Of a DNA stretch of 64,000 nt, positions 9,577-19,941 are shown piece by piece. Made by a program: the position numbers and the translations under genes. Source of the stretch: an uncultured virus (IMG/VR IMGVR_UViG_3300045731_000049). Taxonomy: Duplodnaviria > Heunggongvirae > Uroviricota > Caudoviricetes. The notes under the pieces were generated by a model that was not told the DNA's origin, made no database searches, and worked only from the letters and a program-made list of their open reading frames with translations. The stretch lies in the IMG/VR virus record IMGVR_UViG_3300045731_000049; one strand, written 5' to 3'. Each line of letters opens with the position of its first letter. The stretch's first letter is position 1.

Positions 9577-10759
9577 GGCTAGGGCCAACCCCACGAGATA
9601 GCTCGTTCAGCCGTCTAATTCCTTGTTTTAGGTCATCAAATTCTTCAAAATTCAATGTCACCAGATTCTCGTCGTAAGCTTCGATCATCATAGCTGCATA
9701 ATCGCCCCCACGACGCACGACGCGTGCGGCAGCCTTCAATGCCTTTGAGCAGTCGCTTGCAGGATTGTAACCAATATTCGGGTCCGAGTTGAATTCATTC
9801 GCCATGGTGAGCGACACCCAACCTTCTGATAAGACTTCTTCGCGAAGTCCAGCCGTTTTGCGACCTAAAAACTTACCAAGCCACCTGTCATGATCCTGGT
9901 ACGATTGGATCGGATAAACGGTACCGTCAGGACCGAACCAATATCCGTATGGCGAATAACCGCTGTCGATCTCACTTTGAACGAATTCATGGTAGGCAGT
10001 CATGTTGCCTTTGCTGATTGGGTGGCTTATGGCCATTGCTTCTGCAACTTCCGCATGGGTCTTCGCAGGTCTGCTTGAAATCCTTTCACGAGATTTCTCT
10101 GTAATTTCATTCTCGATCTCTCTTTTCATCCCAGATCGGACCATTGAGGTAGTCCTTACCTCGTGCTCATACTCAGCAATGCTCACGAAACCATGTTTGC
10201 ATTCGTATGGGTTACGAGGCAGGTACCGTAATGTGTCAAGCCCACGGTTTTTGACTTCGTTTTCTTCAAGGGCGTCTTCCAACAGTTCTCCAGCCATTGA
10301 AGCCGCATATTCGTTAAATGGACGCGGATAGCTTTGTGAAAGTGCCGCACAAAATTCCCACAAGCTTTCGACGGTTGGCATGTCGTGAACTTTCGCAGCA
10401 AGGTGTTTGCTGACTGAGGTCATGCTTGTGACCCATTCTGGATCGTGATCGAATGCATATCCTCCCGTGTGTTTTTCAAAGAGTTCCAGATAGCGATCAA
10501 AGACTTTGATCGCCCTGGGGTCACGGTCAAAAAGCGTAAGGCGACCCAGTCTGATAACATCCTTTGAAAAGGATGTGTTCTCAAAGAACGGCATGATGGC
10601 CGAATGGATATACGGTCGCAGATCGTCTTCTCCTGATACTTTGGAGTTATCGCGACCAAGATAATCTAAAATCTCGTTTTTCCGCATCTTATTGATGACG
10701 TCGAGAGATGAGTTAAAGTCCAAATATACTGTTCCAACCTGATCCATACGATTATCCAA
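9548..10759 (-). CDS. hypothetical protein
   Basis: 403-aa ORF; C-terminal GYWFGPDG...H...GWVSL motif reminiscent of large-phage proteins. Confidence 0.75.
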   Translation of the reverse strand: MDNRMDQVGTVYLDFNSSLDVINKMRKNEILDYLGRDNSKVSGEDDLRPYIHSAIMPFFENTSFSKDVIRLGRLTLFDRDPRAIKVFDRYLELFEKHTGGYAFDHDPEWVTSMTSVSKHLAAKVHDMPTVESLWEFCAALSQSYPRPFNEYAASMAGELLEDALEENEVKNRGLDTLRYLPRNPYECKHGFVSIAEYEHEVRTTSMVRSGMKREIENEITEKSRERISSRPAKTHAEVAEAMAISHPISKGNMTAYHEFVQSEIDSGYSPYGYWFGPDGTVYPIQSYQDHDRWLGKFLGRKTAGLREEVLSEGWVSLTMANEFNSDPNIGYNPASDCSKALKAAARVVRRGGDYAAMMIEAYDENLVTLNFEEFDDLKQGIRRLNELSRGVGPSHANGTKIGL

Positions 10760-10872
10760 ATCCTCATACGTTTATGCGCATGATTTATGATCTAATGGAA
10801 AGAGGCAACAACCAGTTCACCAATCTACCTTTCATGTGAAGGTACGACCTAGATAAACACGTCTTGAAACCT

Positions 10873-11199
10873 TCATAAGCGTGGGGTGTAATCATCGTCG
10901 TTTTCTGAATCGCTAACGGGTACGCCAGCAGATGTTGCGGCTTCATCGAGAACTTTTCGGCGAACATCTAAGTTAATAGCGTCGTCAAAATCTCCGATAT
11001 CAATGGAAGATATCAAGCTACGGCGTTGTTCTTCATCCAAATGTTTGTATTCTTCAGATATGGCGCGCTCTCCGACCCAGTCGGTAATTCTGATCCTTCC
11101 CTCAAGCAGTTTTTCAAGCTGCGTAATAAGAGAGCTTTCGTCCATAATGCCATCGGCATCATATTTTACTTCTAATGATATCTGTAAAGGCCTAGTCAT
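10873..11199 (-). CDS. acidic hypothetical protein
   Basis: ATG 11199 with GGAG RBS; ends NDDDYTPRL. Confidence 0.7.
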   Translation of the reverse strand: MTRPLQISLEVKYDADGIMDESSLITQLEKLLEGRIRITDWVGERAISEEYKHLDEEQRRSLISSIDIGDFDDAINLDVRRKVLDEAATSAGVPVSDSENDDDYTPRL

Positions 11200-11350
11200 A
11201 GATAATCTCCAAACAGCAATCAGATCATTAAAATAACATCGGCTGCATTTAACAACGTGACCTACAATATGGATACAATTAACGCAATTTTCCAAATGCT
11301 ACTTGCGGAAATAAACTTTATAATAAGTCAACGTATCAGGAATAAGTCTT

Positions 11351-12262
11351 ATGAATAAGTCATACTTAGGGAACTTGATAAAGTTCAAAAAAGTCGATGA
11401 TGCATTTCAAACAACTGACACAAAGATCATCGTCAAAACAGGATACATAGTCGGAAAGAGCAATAAAAATCCTGATAATTTGAAGGTCATATCCTCGGAC
11501 GAGGTGGAACTTGTTGTTAACGGGCAGAAAAAAAATTATGAAGCTTCATTCGAGGTTGTAAAACTCAATGACATTATTGAAACCATATCTGTAGCGCAGC
11601 TATACGATAGCTCTCCTTATTTGGGCGGCTTCGTCGACACGCATGCAGAGAGTTCGATAATGAGCAGTGGCAAACTAACAAATATGGTTCTGTCGTCTGC
11701 CAACTATATTCTAGCCTTTAAATGCGGCTTCAAAAGGGACGGCACGTTCTCATTCTATCAGGTAGCTAACTCGATCTCAGACTTGGATATTGGCGGCGAA
11801 GTCATGTTAAATCTGTTGGATGACAACCATCCCACTCATTTCTCGCAACATCTTCCCGTAACTCCAAACGAACAGAATGAAGACGCCTGTGATAACGATT
11901 GGGTATATCAGGATTCTGATGTTTACTTCGAGTTCACGGCTCGCGTTGATGGCCAGGCAACGATCCATGACATCGTCACCTTAAACCCTGAAAAGCGAGG
12001 TGCAAGGAGTGGTATCGGCCGCGCTACTCTTCAAACGTTGAAAGCGCATTTTCCGCTAATTGTCGCGAGTGGGGTGGGGGAAGATCCAGATGACCCTCTT
12101 ATGGAATTCAAACCATTTCTGTTTTGGAGAGCAATGTTGGAAGAAGAATTGGTTGATGGCATCGTTTTAACGTATGACCCCGTGATGATTACCAGAGACA
12201 ATCTTCACGAAAGACTGGCGGTAATAGAGGCAGATCAACGGCGCACGCCGCCTGCTTTCTGA
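11351..12262 (+). CDS. hypothetical protein with possible C-terminal GNAT-like domain
   Basis: 303 aa; IHDI...RSGIGRATL resembles the acetyl-CoA-binding motif A. Confidence 0.6.
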   Translation: MNKSYLGNLIKFKKVDDAFQTTDTKIIVKTGYIVGKSNKNPDNLKVISSDEVELVVNGQKKNYEASFEVVKLNDIIETISVAQLYDSSPYLGGFVDTHAESSIMSSGKLTNMVLSSANYILAFKCGFKRDGTFSFYQVANSISDLDIGGEVMLNLLDDNHPTHFSQHLPVTPNEQNEDACDNDWVYQDSDVYFEFTARVDGQATIHDIVTLNPEKRGARSGIGRATLQTLKAHFPLIVASGVGEDPDDPLMEFKPFLFWRAMLEEELVDGIVLTYDPVMITRDNLHERLAVIEADQRRTPPAF

Positions 12263-12647
12263 AAAAAAACAAAAAGGCCTCCAAAGAACCATTCCTTGGA
12301 AGCCTTTTTATTTAGTGAAATCGAATATTCTATGTTGTTCGATTTCCTAGCGGCTTTCTTAAAAGGCAATCTAGGACACCGGAGCTGGCCGCGAAAACTT
12401 TTGGTGTTTGTTCCTGAATGCGAACTCAATAATATTCACATAAAATGGATATTTAATCAAGGGAAAAATAAATTAAATGATTGCGGATAAAAAATACTGA
12501 CAATTATCATTCTATACAGGTCGACTAACCTTCCCATTTCACCTCAAGAAATTATTATGCTTGCATTAAAATTTATAAATTGTACAAATCGGACAGCTTA
12601 AAACTAATCATTAGCGATTGGAATGACTGTTCCCTTGGGAGACTAAT

Positions 12648-12911
12648 ATGGCTGATAAACTGACTATCGACAATGTTGTAGTTATTGCCGTCTCTCTAAA
12701 CAACGGCGCTCCTATTTCTGGGGAAGTCTCATTTTCAGACGGGAAAAATTTCGAGTGGAGTTCCTATGATGACGAAATTCGATTTCACACAAGACGAATG
12801 ATGCCAGGTGGTTACCAGAGGTTGTCGTTCGCCTCGCACCAAAGAGCTGTAATACTATTGGATTGGTTAAACACCAAAGATTGGTCCGTTAGCGTTATTG
12901 AAATTTCTTAA
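12648..12911 (+). CDS. hypothetical protein
   Basis: 87 aa, GGGAG RBS. Confidence 0.7.
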   Translation: MADKLTIDNVVVIAVSLNNGAPISGEVSFSDGKNFEWSSYDDEIRFHTRRMMPGGYQRLSFASHQRAVILLDWLNTKDWSVSVIEIS

Positions 12912-13367
12912 ATAATCTCACCTAGAGAACAAGCAAAATTCTTGCAATGTAAAAATCTTGGGTAGTTGCAATATTATTCCATTTTCAATAATTACTGTAA
13001 TTACAAAATAAATATTAATATAATCTCCATTGTTACAGTCCTTTCCTTTTGGTAGGATATAGTTCTCTAAATAAGGAGAAGAAACATGGCTAATATTACT
13101 GATAGAAATCATGTTCAGCTTAACTCAGTTAGCGATAAAAAAACTGAAATGGCATTCGTTGTCGGCGGGATTTTCATCGCAACTCTTCTGGCTCCGATTT
13201 TCTTCCTCGCGTGGTCGTTGATTAGCGCTTTATATAATTAAGTCATATCGACTATATAAACACGATTATCAGAATAAAAATTGTGAATTGTGTTGGCGAT
13301 ATCATGTGGATTGAATTATCATTATTTCATTATAATTATTTCTATCAGCGTCGAATGGAATTCTTTG

Positions 13368-14078
13368 ATGTCGCTTATTCACGATCTACGTGATCTCGCA
13401 GTTGCAATTCGTACTGATGAACAGAAAACCGGATTTTTCGTTTGGAACGATGTCCCGTTTAATGATTTTAATCGAGCGATTATAGAACCGGGTGTAGACG
13501 CCAATTATCCATCAGGTATTCTCATAATTTATGCTGATGACGATTTCTATGCTATTGCTGCGCTTCCATATCGTTTCAAAGAGCTGTCCTGTGTCGATAT
13601 CGTTTCCGTGCTTTGGCCCGATATTGCGAACCCTGTCATTCTACCGGATCACGGTGACTATTGGTGGACTGCTCAAAGGAACGACAAGTTGGAAGTCCCT
13701 GGAGAGCCGTGGGAGATGTGGTTTGTTGAAAGCTCGTCCAAATCCATTCCTGATAAGGAAGCTATACAAACACGTCATTTTACACCTGAAGTCATCTCTG
13801 GTGGAGGTAAAATAAGGTATGAAGCCGTTCGCTGGCGAACTTGCGCCACCGAAGATGAGGCACTAAAGGCGCGTTCCAATTTTGGTGGCTCTGTTTACAA
13901 AGAAGATCTCGACAACCTGTCGATTGAAATTCGTCATTGGGATCAGGGAGTTCGTACAGTCATTCACAAACTCGACGTCGATCTGGAAAAATTCAAGATC
14001 ATCGACACTCCAAAAGAGACAGATATCTACAAGCGTCTTGGCTTGACTGATGCCACCAAAGATAAGGGAAAGACATGA
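13368..14078 (+). CDS. hypothetical protein
   Basis: Likely start MSLIHDLR at 13368; coupled to the next gene by ATGA overlap. Confidence 0.7.
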   Translation: MSLIHDLRDLAVAIRTDEQKTGFFVWNDVPFNDFNRAIIEPGVDANYPSGILIIYADDDFYAIAALPYRFKELSCVDIVSVLWPDIANPVILPDHGDYWWTAQRNDKLEVPGEPWEMWFVESSSKSIPDKEAIQTRHFTPEVISGGGKIRYEAVRWRTCATEDEALKARSNFGGSVYKEDLDNLSIEIRHWDQGVRTVIHKLDVDLEKFKIIDTPKETDIYKRLGLTDATKDKGKT

Positions 14079-14272
14079 GTACAAATACGATTATTGTTAC
14101 TAAAGAAGAAGCAACGCAGCTGCGCAAAGAATGGTTGCAGGAACATGCTCCACGAAACGGCACCGACTGTGTGACGCCGTATGATCGCTATTTCTATAAG
14201 GACGAATTCCCGATTACCGTCGATAGGGCAACCTTTGAGGACCACGCAGAAGATTATCCGCCGATTTATTGA
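14075..14272 (+). CDS. hypothetical protein
   Basis: 65 aa, translationally coupled. Confidence 0.6.
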   Translation: MSTNTIIVTKEEATQLRKEWLQEHAPRNGTDCVTPYDRYFYKDEFPITVDRATFEDHAEDYPPIY

Positions 14273-14377
14273 GATAATTGTTTAATTTAGTGCGGATTTA
14301 TATTTCCCACGTATAAGCATTACTATTTACATTAATTCATGTTTTTGCTAAATAGTTCGCAACAAAAGGGCTTTGCC

Positions 14378-14746
14378 ATGAAATTCGAACTCGTTGATCA
14401 GATTGTTCTGCCACGTTACGGAGGCCGGAGTGGCGGCATCGATTTTGGTGCTACCCGTCGTGTCCTTATTATGAAAAAGAATAATTCGGCTCTCTTGTTT
14501 ATTCGTGCAGGATACAGCGCCGCCCAAAGTGGCGTTCGTGGTTTTGGCCGCGAATACAATCCAGCGCTTCTGCAGCTGCAAACCCCAAACGATACCAACT
14601 CATCTTATTATCTCGGTGTCGGTCTTGCGGAAGGCCGAATATCGAAATCCAAGCTTATGGAGCATGCGAATAAGATTGAGGAAGCTTTCGGAATGATGGA
14701 CTTCCTGCAGCACGTTGACATCAAGAAGACGTTGGTTGTTGAATAG
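14378..14746 (+). CDS. hypothetical protein
   Basis: Likely start MKFELVD at 14378 with AAGGG RBS. Confidence 0.65.
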   Translation: MKFELVDQIVLPRYGGRSGGIDFGATRRVLIMKKNNSALLFIRAGYSAAQSGVRGFGREYNPALLQLQTPNDTNSSYYLGVGLAEGRISKSKLMEHANKIEEAFGMMDFLQHVDIKKTLVVE

Positions 14747-14792
14747 CCTGCAAATAATAATGGAGCCAGTAGGCTCCATTATTATTTGCAGG
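14747..14792. terminator. perfect 21-bp-stem hairpin between convergent genes
   Basis: CCTGCAAATAATAATGGAGCC-AGTA-GGCTCCATTATTATTTGCAGG. Confidence 0.7.
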
Positions 14793-14801
14793 TGAGGACA
14801 A

Positions 14802-15107
14802 TCACATTCTCGGAACGACATCATCGAGGTTTCCCTCGTAGACTTCACGAAAATCGTTCTCCGTTCCAGCAGTTATCTCGTAATCTGAGCTGTCAGGGAT
14901 ATAGGCGTCCCGAATAATGTTTTCATCGTCCAGTGTGAATCGTATTGGATTAACCGGATCGTTGACGAAGCTATCTCTGATAGCTATTTCGTGGGCAGCC
15001 TCAATAGTGTTGGCAGAGATTTTAACCCTTGCCGATATTGTCGCTGGTGCGGTTACTGTAAATTCAAATTCAGGCATATTTATCTCCGCAATTATTACGT
15101 TATTCAA
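14802..15107 (-). CDS. hypothetical protein
   Basis: ORF (likely start MPEFEF with GGAG RBS); ends LDDVVPRM. Confidence 0.65.
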   Translation of the reverse strand: MNNVIIAEINMPEFEFTVTAPATISARVKISANTIEAAHEIAIRDSFVNDPVNPIRFTLDDENIIRDAYIPDSSDYEITAGTENDFREVYEGNLDDVVPRM

Positions 15108-15165
15108 TCAGACACTTTCTCTAAGAATAAAACAACATTAATGAGATGAAACCAATTCTATTGTT

Positions 15166-15801
15166 CTAATCCTTGTTTTTAATTCCAATAGTTTGAACAA
15201 TATTTCTCCGTTCCATCATCTGTGGAACGAGTACGTGTCTAACCCAATTACGTTCGTGAACGGTGTCGTTATTTGTTTCATCTTCGACCCATGTCAGGCC
15301 GAGATGTTTTGCGCGCTCAACGATCACATCTTTAGGGATATCAAGAAACGGCTTACAACGAATTTCGTCGATCTTTTTCATGCGGAGCTTATCATCCGGA
15401 TAGCCGCGCATAAGCCTCATAATAACGGTTTCAACTTGATCATTGGCGTGATGTCCAGTGACCAGCATGTCGGTCTCCAGTCGGATCGTATCGTAGTAAG
15501 CATAGCGCTGGTCGCGGGCTTCAGCTTCTAACGATGTGGCTTTCCTCATTTTGTCAGAATCTCCAAAACCGACAAAACATTCGACACCGAGTTTGTAGCA
15601 AACACTCTCTACGAATGCCTGATCGCGTTCTGCAGTTTCGCGAAGTCCGTGATTGAAATGAGCAACTCGAAATGGCTTCTTACAATTTCGATGAAAGAAA
15701 TCGAGCATAAACATTGAATCAACGCCACCACTTACGCAAAGAAGGTAGCTCGATGCATATTTATTGATTTCAGCAATATATTTTCGCCAAGGGATAACCA
15801 T
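15166..15801 (-). CDS. tilS: tRNA(Ile)-lysidine synthetase, catalytic domain only
   Basis: PP-loop SGGVDS, HFNHGLR, EAEARDQRY, TGHHANDQVET, EDETN, RNWVRH; lacks the C-terminal domains. Confidence 0.9.
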   Translation of the reverse strand: MVIPWRKYIAEINKYASSYLLCVSGGVDSMFMLDFFHRNCKKPFRVAHFNHGLRETAERDQAFVESVCYKLGVECFVGFGDSDKMRKATSLEAEARDQRYAYYDTIRLETDMLVTGHHANDQVETVIMRLMRGYPDDKLRMKKIDEIRCKPFLDIPKDVIVERAKHLGLTWVEDETNNDTVHERNWVRHVLVPQMMERRNIVQTIGIKNKD

Positions 15802-15995
15802 TATTACCTCTAGGTCAGGTTCTAAATTAAACTGAACAAAATCGCAACTGAAATCTCTCGTCAATGGACATTCAATAACCTATTCCCATCGCAATTGCAC
15901 TTAACCATTCTTGTATTAAGGAAATCACCTGTCCATAATAAGAGAATAGCGGCTATTACAAATTTAAGCCAATATATTTAAAACGGAGGATTAGC

Positions 15996-17537
15996 ATGAA
16001 AATTATAATTTTTACAGCACTTGGGTTGCTCACATCGGTCAGTCACTTGACGGCTCAAGAACACTCCGGTGCACAGATTATCTTTAGAGTAAACGGAATG
16101 GGTTCGACGGTGAAAGCGCCGACCGCTCCCACTAATCCGACGAATCCGGTTGATCCTAGTACACCCGTAGTCGATACAATCAATGCATTTATCAGTGGTG
16201 GGACCTTTATCGTTGGAGATAACGTCAATCTTGTTGGCTTCGTTACAGGTAATTCTGAACCTGTAACCTGGACCATAACTTCAGGATCACTACCTACAGG
16301 TCTTAATCTTGCCACCTCAGGTGTAATTTCAGGCACGCCCACTCAGGCGGGATCTTTCACAGCATATTTGGTGATCTCGAACTCAAGAGGTTCAACTACA
16401 GCCTCTGTCACTTTTACCATAAATGCCCAGGTTCCTCAGCTTGTTGTACCGCCTCAGAGTGGAGATTTTTTTGCAATTAAGGGACAGCCTATCGCCGCCC
16501 GTACAATTAACGTCACAGGTGGTGACGGAATACTTACATCTGAGGTGGCTATAGGTTCATTACCAAATGGCCTCTCATTATCAGGACTTACCCTCTCGGG
16601 CAGAGTTGATGCTGCAGTTTCTGTTGGTGACTATGATCCTATTATTACTGTTAAAGATGGTAGCGGTCAGTCTGGTGACACGTCATTCAACATTAAAGTC
16701 CGTGATGTTCTGAATCTAACGGTTGGTACACCTCCGCCAATATATCGTGGCATCAATTACACGTTCGATGTTTCGGCGTCGGGTGGTGAAAATCCTGTCA
16801 TCAGCGCAAATTTCGATGCTATCCCTGGCTTTAGCTTCTCGAACGGCCATCTTTCTGGTCAGCTTTCAAGTGTGACTTATCAAAATGAAACCACTGGCAG
16901 AGGATCAGCCTCAGTTACGTTCCAAGTTTCTGATGATACGGACCAGAAAGTCTCGCCTATCACTCGTACGTTTGACATGTGGGATTATCCATCGTTTGAA
17001 ATCTCTGGAAACACAAATGTCAGAGCAGAAAGTGACAGTGTGAATTTGACGATGACATCGAAAAGTGCGCCAGGCACCTTGTCTTACATCGCGTCAGGCC
17101 TTCCAAAGGGTCTTTCTATTAATGAGTCCACTGGACAAATCTCTGGAATTATCGCAGCTGATGCTTCAGGAGTTGTTAATTCTACGGTTACCCTCAAAGA
17201 TGGTCCCGGGAGAACTGCAACTCAGAACATTCAATTCAATATTTCGCCAGCGATTCAGCCATTAACCGCTTCGACGATATCCGACACAACTATGAATGTT
17301 AACGATAAGCGAACTATAACATTCACAATGTCTGGCGGAACGGGTGGCTACACGAGAACTGGGTCTCTGCCCACCCACGTCCTAGATATTACATTCAACG
17401 GCAATACAGGATCCATCGCTTTAAATCCTCGATCCGCACAACCGAGACGTCAGATGTCTTTCAAAGTTAGAGATAGTTCTGGAACGACAATTGATGTTTA
17501 TTTCAATTTGACGGTCAATGATAACGGTGGATTTTAA
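15996..17537 (+). CDS. secreted putative Ig (He_PIG-like) repeat protein
   Basis: Signal peptide, PTNP linker, repeated GSLPxGL...GxISGTP motifs; GGAGG RBS. Confidence 0.85.
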   Translation: MKIIIFTALGLLTSVSHLTAQEHSGAQIIFRVNGMGSTVKAPTAPTNPTNPVDPSTPVVDTINAFISGGTFIVGDNVNLVGFVTGNSEPVTWTITSGSLPTGLNLATSGVISGTPTQAGSFTAYLVISNSRGSTTASVTFTINAQVPQLVVPPQSGDFFAIKGQPIAARTINVTGGDGILTSEVAIGSLPNGLSLSGLTLSGRVDAAVSVGDYDPIITVKDGSGQSGDTSFNIKVRDVLNLTVGTPPPIYRGINYTFDVSASGGENPVISANFDAIPGFSFSNGHLSGQLSSVTYQNETTGRGSASVTFQVSDDTDQKVSPITRTFDMWDYPSFEISGNTNVRAESDSVNLTMTSKSAPGTLSYIASGLPKGLSINESTGQISGIIAADASGVVNSTVTLKDGPGRTATQNIQFNISPAIQPLTASTISDTTMNVNDKRTITFTMSGGTGGYTRTGSLPTHVLDITFNGNTGSIALNPRSAQPRRQMSFKVRDSSGTTIDVYFNLTVNDNGGF

Positions 17538-17622
17538 TTGAAAAATTAAGCGGATAAATTGAATATCCCGCTAAAAAAATACTTGGCGGGATATTTTTTC
17601 TATGGTGGCGAGTAATTTTAAA

Positions 17623-18552
17623 TTATCGGGGTTTGGGCACCCCACCACTCCAACCTTCAACAGCCTCCCATGTTTGATTAAGCTCGGTTTCAGTCACTGC
17701 AGCTTCAATTACCGGGAAAATAAGTTCAGCAATCTCCTCGACTACCTGTCCGAGGTCAATCTTTGAGTGGTGATCGATACGCTTTAGGAACGCGCTCCAA
17801 GCGCTCTCTTGTTCGTCAACGAAGTCCTCACTTAGGCCTTCAATTGGAGTGGATGGGATTTCTCGCTCCTGCGCCTCGAATGTCCTTACGAGGGCATTAA
17901 CTAGATCCTGTCCCTCGAACGAGTGCGTTTTCATCAACATCCAGACGTCGAAATAGTCTTTCACGCGGGTGTTCGAAGCGCCGAACTGCGCCATGGCGTG
18001 AACCTTCTCTGCGATCACGGTTTCAAGAGGGTAGGCAAGAATTACGGGCTTGGGAGCCACGCCATCCAATAGTGTAGGCATAACAATTTTACGAACAGCA
18101 GGCGAAACAGGATTTCCGAACCCCACGTCGACACGAATATCCACTCTAGCCGAATGAACCATGGCTTGAAGTGCAATCTTTCCACCTGGTATAATGCCAA
18201 CACGATCCTTTTTGATCGACATGGTTTCTAGCAAGAACTGAACTCCGTCGTCATTAACAGGCGTATTCAGGATTACTTTTAACGCCTCTCCCACTGTTTT
18301 GACATCGGCATTCTCATCGAATCCGTTAAAGTCAATGTCTTCAGTAGGGCGCAAGAGATCACCATTATTATATGCAGAAAGAAGGACGCCACCTTTGACG
18401 CAGAAGTTATTTGCCTCTTCAGAAACAGATAACCTATAAAGAAGACGTTCCTGAGCGTAACGGCGTAGCAGCGACATCATATCGACACCACGTTCACGAG
18501 ATATGTTCTTCAATTTCGCATGTACGGATGCACCAATATTCTTTTCTGCCAT
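17623..18552 (-). CDS. abiEii: AbiEii-family nucleotidyltransferase (type IV TA toxin)
   Basis: YAQERLLYRL, VKGGVLL, RPTEDIDF, AEKVHA, NTRVKDYFD motifs. Confidence 0.9.
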   Translation of the reverse strand: MAEKNIGASVHAKLKNISRERGVDMMSLLRRYAQERLLYRLSVSEEANNFCVKGGVLLSAYNNGDLLRPTEDIDFNGFDENADVKTVGEALKVILNTPVNDDGVQFLLETMSIKKDRVGIIPGGKIALQAMVHSARVDIRVDVGFGNPVSPAVRKIVMPTLLDGVAPKPVILAYPLETVIAEKVHAMAQFGASNTRVKDYFDVWMLMKTHSFEGQDLVNALVRTFEAQEREIPSTPIEGLSEDFVDEQESAWSAFLKRIDHHSKIDLGQVVEEIAELIFPVIEAAVTETELNQTWEAVEGWSGGVPKPR

Positions 18553-18722
18553 CTGCATAACTCCTTCACTCAAATATTTGATGAATAGTCTGCACGGCAC
18601 AAATGTAATATAGCGGAATCCTGATACGAAAAATCTGGATTGTGGGATTATAAGATATCGGCTATTTGAAATTTCATTGCGAAAACATAAAGTATGTTCA
18701 TGTTTTCATTCAGAGGCTGGTT

Positions 18723-19355
18723 ATGAATATTGAAGTTAATGAAGTCTACAGATTGCAGGAAGAAACAGACATCGCTTCCTTTGTCATGGTCAGTGAGATT
18801 AAAGGAAATACCATTATCGGCTCCCCATTGTCGGGTGGATGGCAGTTGAACATTCCGGTTGCTGACTTTAATGAGAAATTTGTTCATGTTCCACAAGAAG
18901 AACTCGCTCTTCTGAAGGGAAACTTCACAGAGAAGCATTTTGATATGGATGATTGGGATGAGACCATTCCAGGTTGGTCGAATGGGACGCGCTGGAACGG
19001 ATGGGGGTGTCCATATTTCGAACGTGACGTTTTAGAGAAAGCTATTGAAAATGGCTTTATCAGTGCTGACTACACCAAACTCATTATTCGAGACGAAGGT
19101 GCATATACCATTATGACAATGTCAGATCATCTACCTAAGGATTATGACTGGGATCAAATCATAGATAGAATTCGAAATGGCGAAGAAATTTATAATGAGG
19201 AAATAGCTCCAGGGGTTATAGTCGAAGGCCTTTTGTACGCGAAAGAGATCATTACTGTTGAGGGACGCAATATCGAAACCTATCCGTTAGGCAACGGATA
19301 TTGGACGTGGAACCAAAATGACGAGCCTCAGGTTTATAATCAGCCGAAGCCTTAA
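18723..19355 (+). CDS. hypothetical protein (RWNGWxCPYF motif)
   Basis: 210 aa; motif I recall from phage/plasmid hypotheticals; ends NQPKP. Confidence 0.7.
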   Translation: MNIEVNEVYRLQEETDIASFVMVSEIKGNTIIGSPLSGGWQLNIPVADFNEKFVHVPQEELALLKGNFTEKHFDMDDWDETIPGWSNGTRWNGWGCPYFERDVLEKAIENGFISADYTKLIIRDEGAYTIMTMSDHLPKDYDWDQIIDRIRNGEEIYNEEIAPGVIVEGLLYAKEIITVEGRNIETYPLGNGYWTWNQNDEPQVYNQPKP

Positions 19356-19512
19356 AAACCATTACGGCCAGCAAAACGACAGCATAGCATTTCATACCTA
19401 TCACTTTGCTGGCTTTCCATTTCTAAGTTTTCACGCATCCAGACGGGTTCTGCCGTTGTTTGATGCATCTGGATGTGTAAAATCCAAATGATAAATCAAT
19501 CAGGAGTTATGC

Positions 19513-19941
19513 ATGCCAGAATTTCATCTAGACTACGGGAACGAAGAGGGAAGTCGTAATATTTCTGATTTGGATGAATTCACTTATGGCTATGTTGAAG
19601 CCATGTTTTTTACAGAGACGTCAGACAGTGATGACGAATATGCTGACGCCACTGTGGCTGATATAAGCGATGATGGTTGGGAGAAGATAAAGTCAGATTG
19701 TCAGAATTTTCAAAGTGAAAACGACGACATGCTGCAGAAGGCTTACACATCTCACAACTACGACGTCGAAAAAGCTGGCCGCGATTTCTGGTACACAAGA
19801 AATGGGCACGGCGTTGGCTATTGGGATCGAGGATTGGATAAGGCGGTAGCTAAATCACTATCAGAAGCTGCCCGCACTTATGGGGAAGCCTATATAGATG
19901 ACGTTCTTGGTACTACAGCGTCTGAACCTAAACCCAAATAG
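19513..19941 (+). CDS. acidic phage/plasmid hypothetical protein (AGRDFWYTRNGHGVGYWDRG motif)
   Basis: AGGAG RBS; motif I recall as widespread in MGE hypotheticals; ends SEPKPK. Confidence 0.8.
   Translation: MPEFHLDYGNEEGSRNISDLDEFTYGYVEAMFFTETSDSDDEYADATVADISDDGWEKIKSDCQNFQSENDDMLQKAYTSHNYDVEKAGRDFWYTRNGHGVGYWDRGLDKAVAKSLSEAARTYGEAYIDDVLGTTASEPKPK

Noticed and set aside
15901..15908. TTAACCAT CtrA half-site upstream of the 513-aa Ig protein
   Set aside because: Short motif in AT-rich DNA; spacing to the next TTAA is not 7, so a chance match is likely
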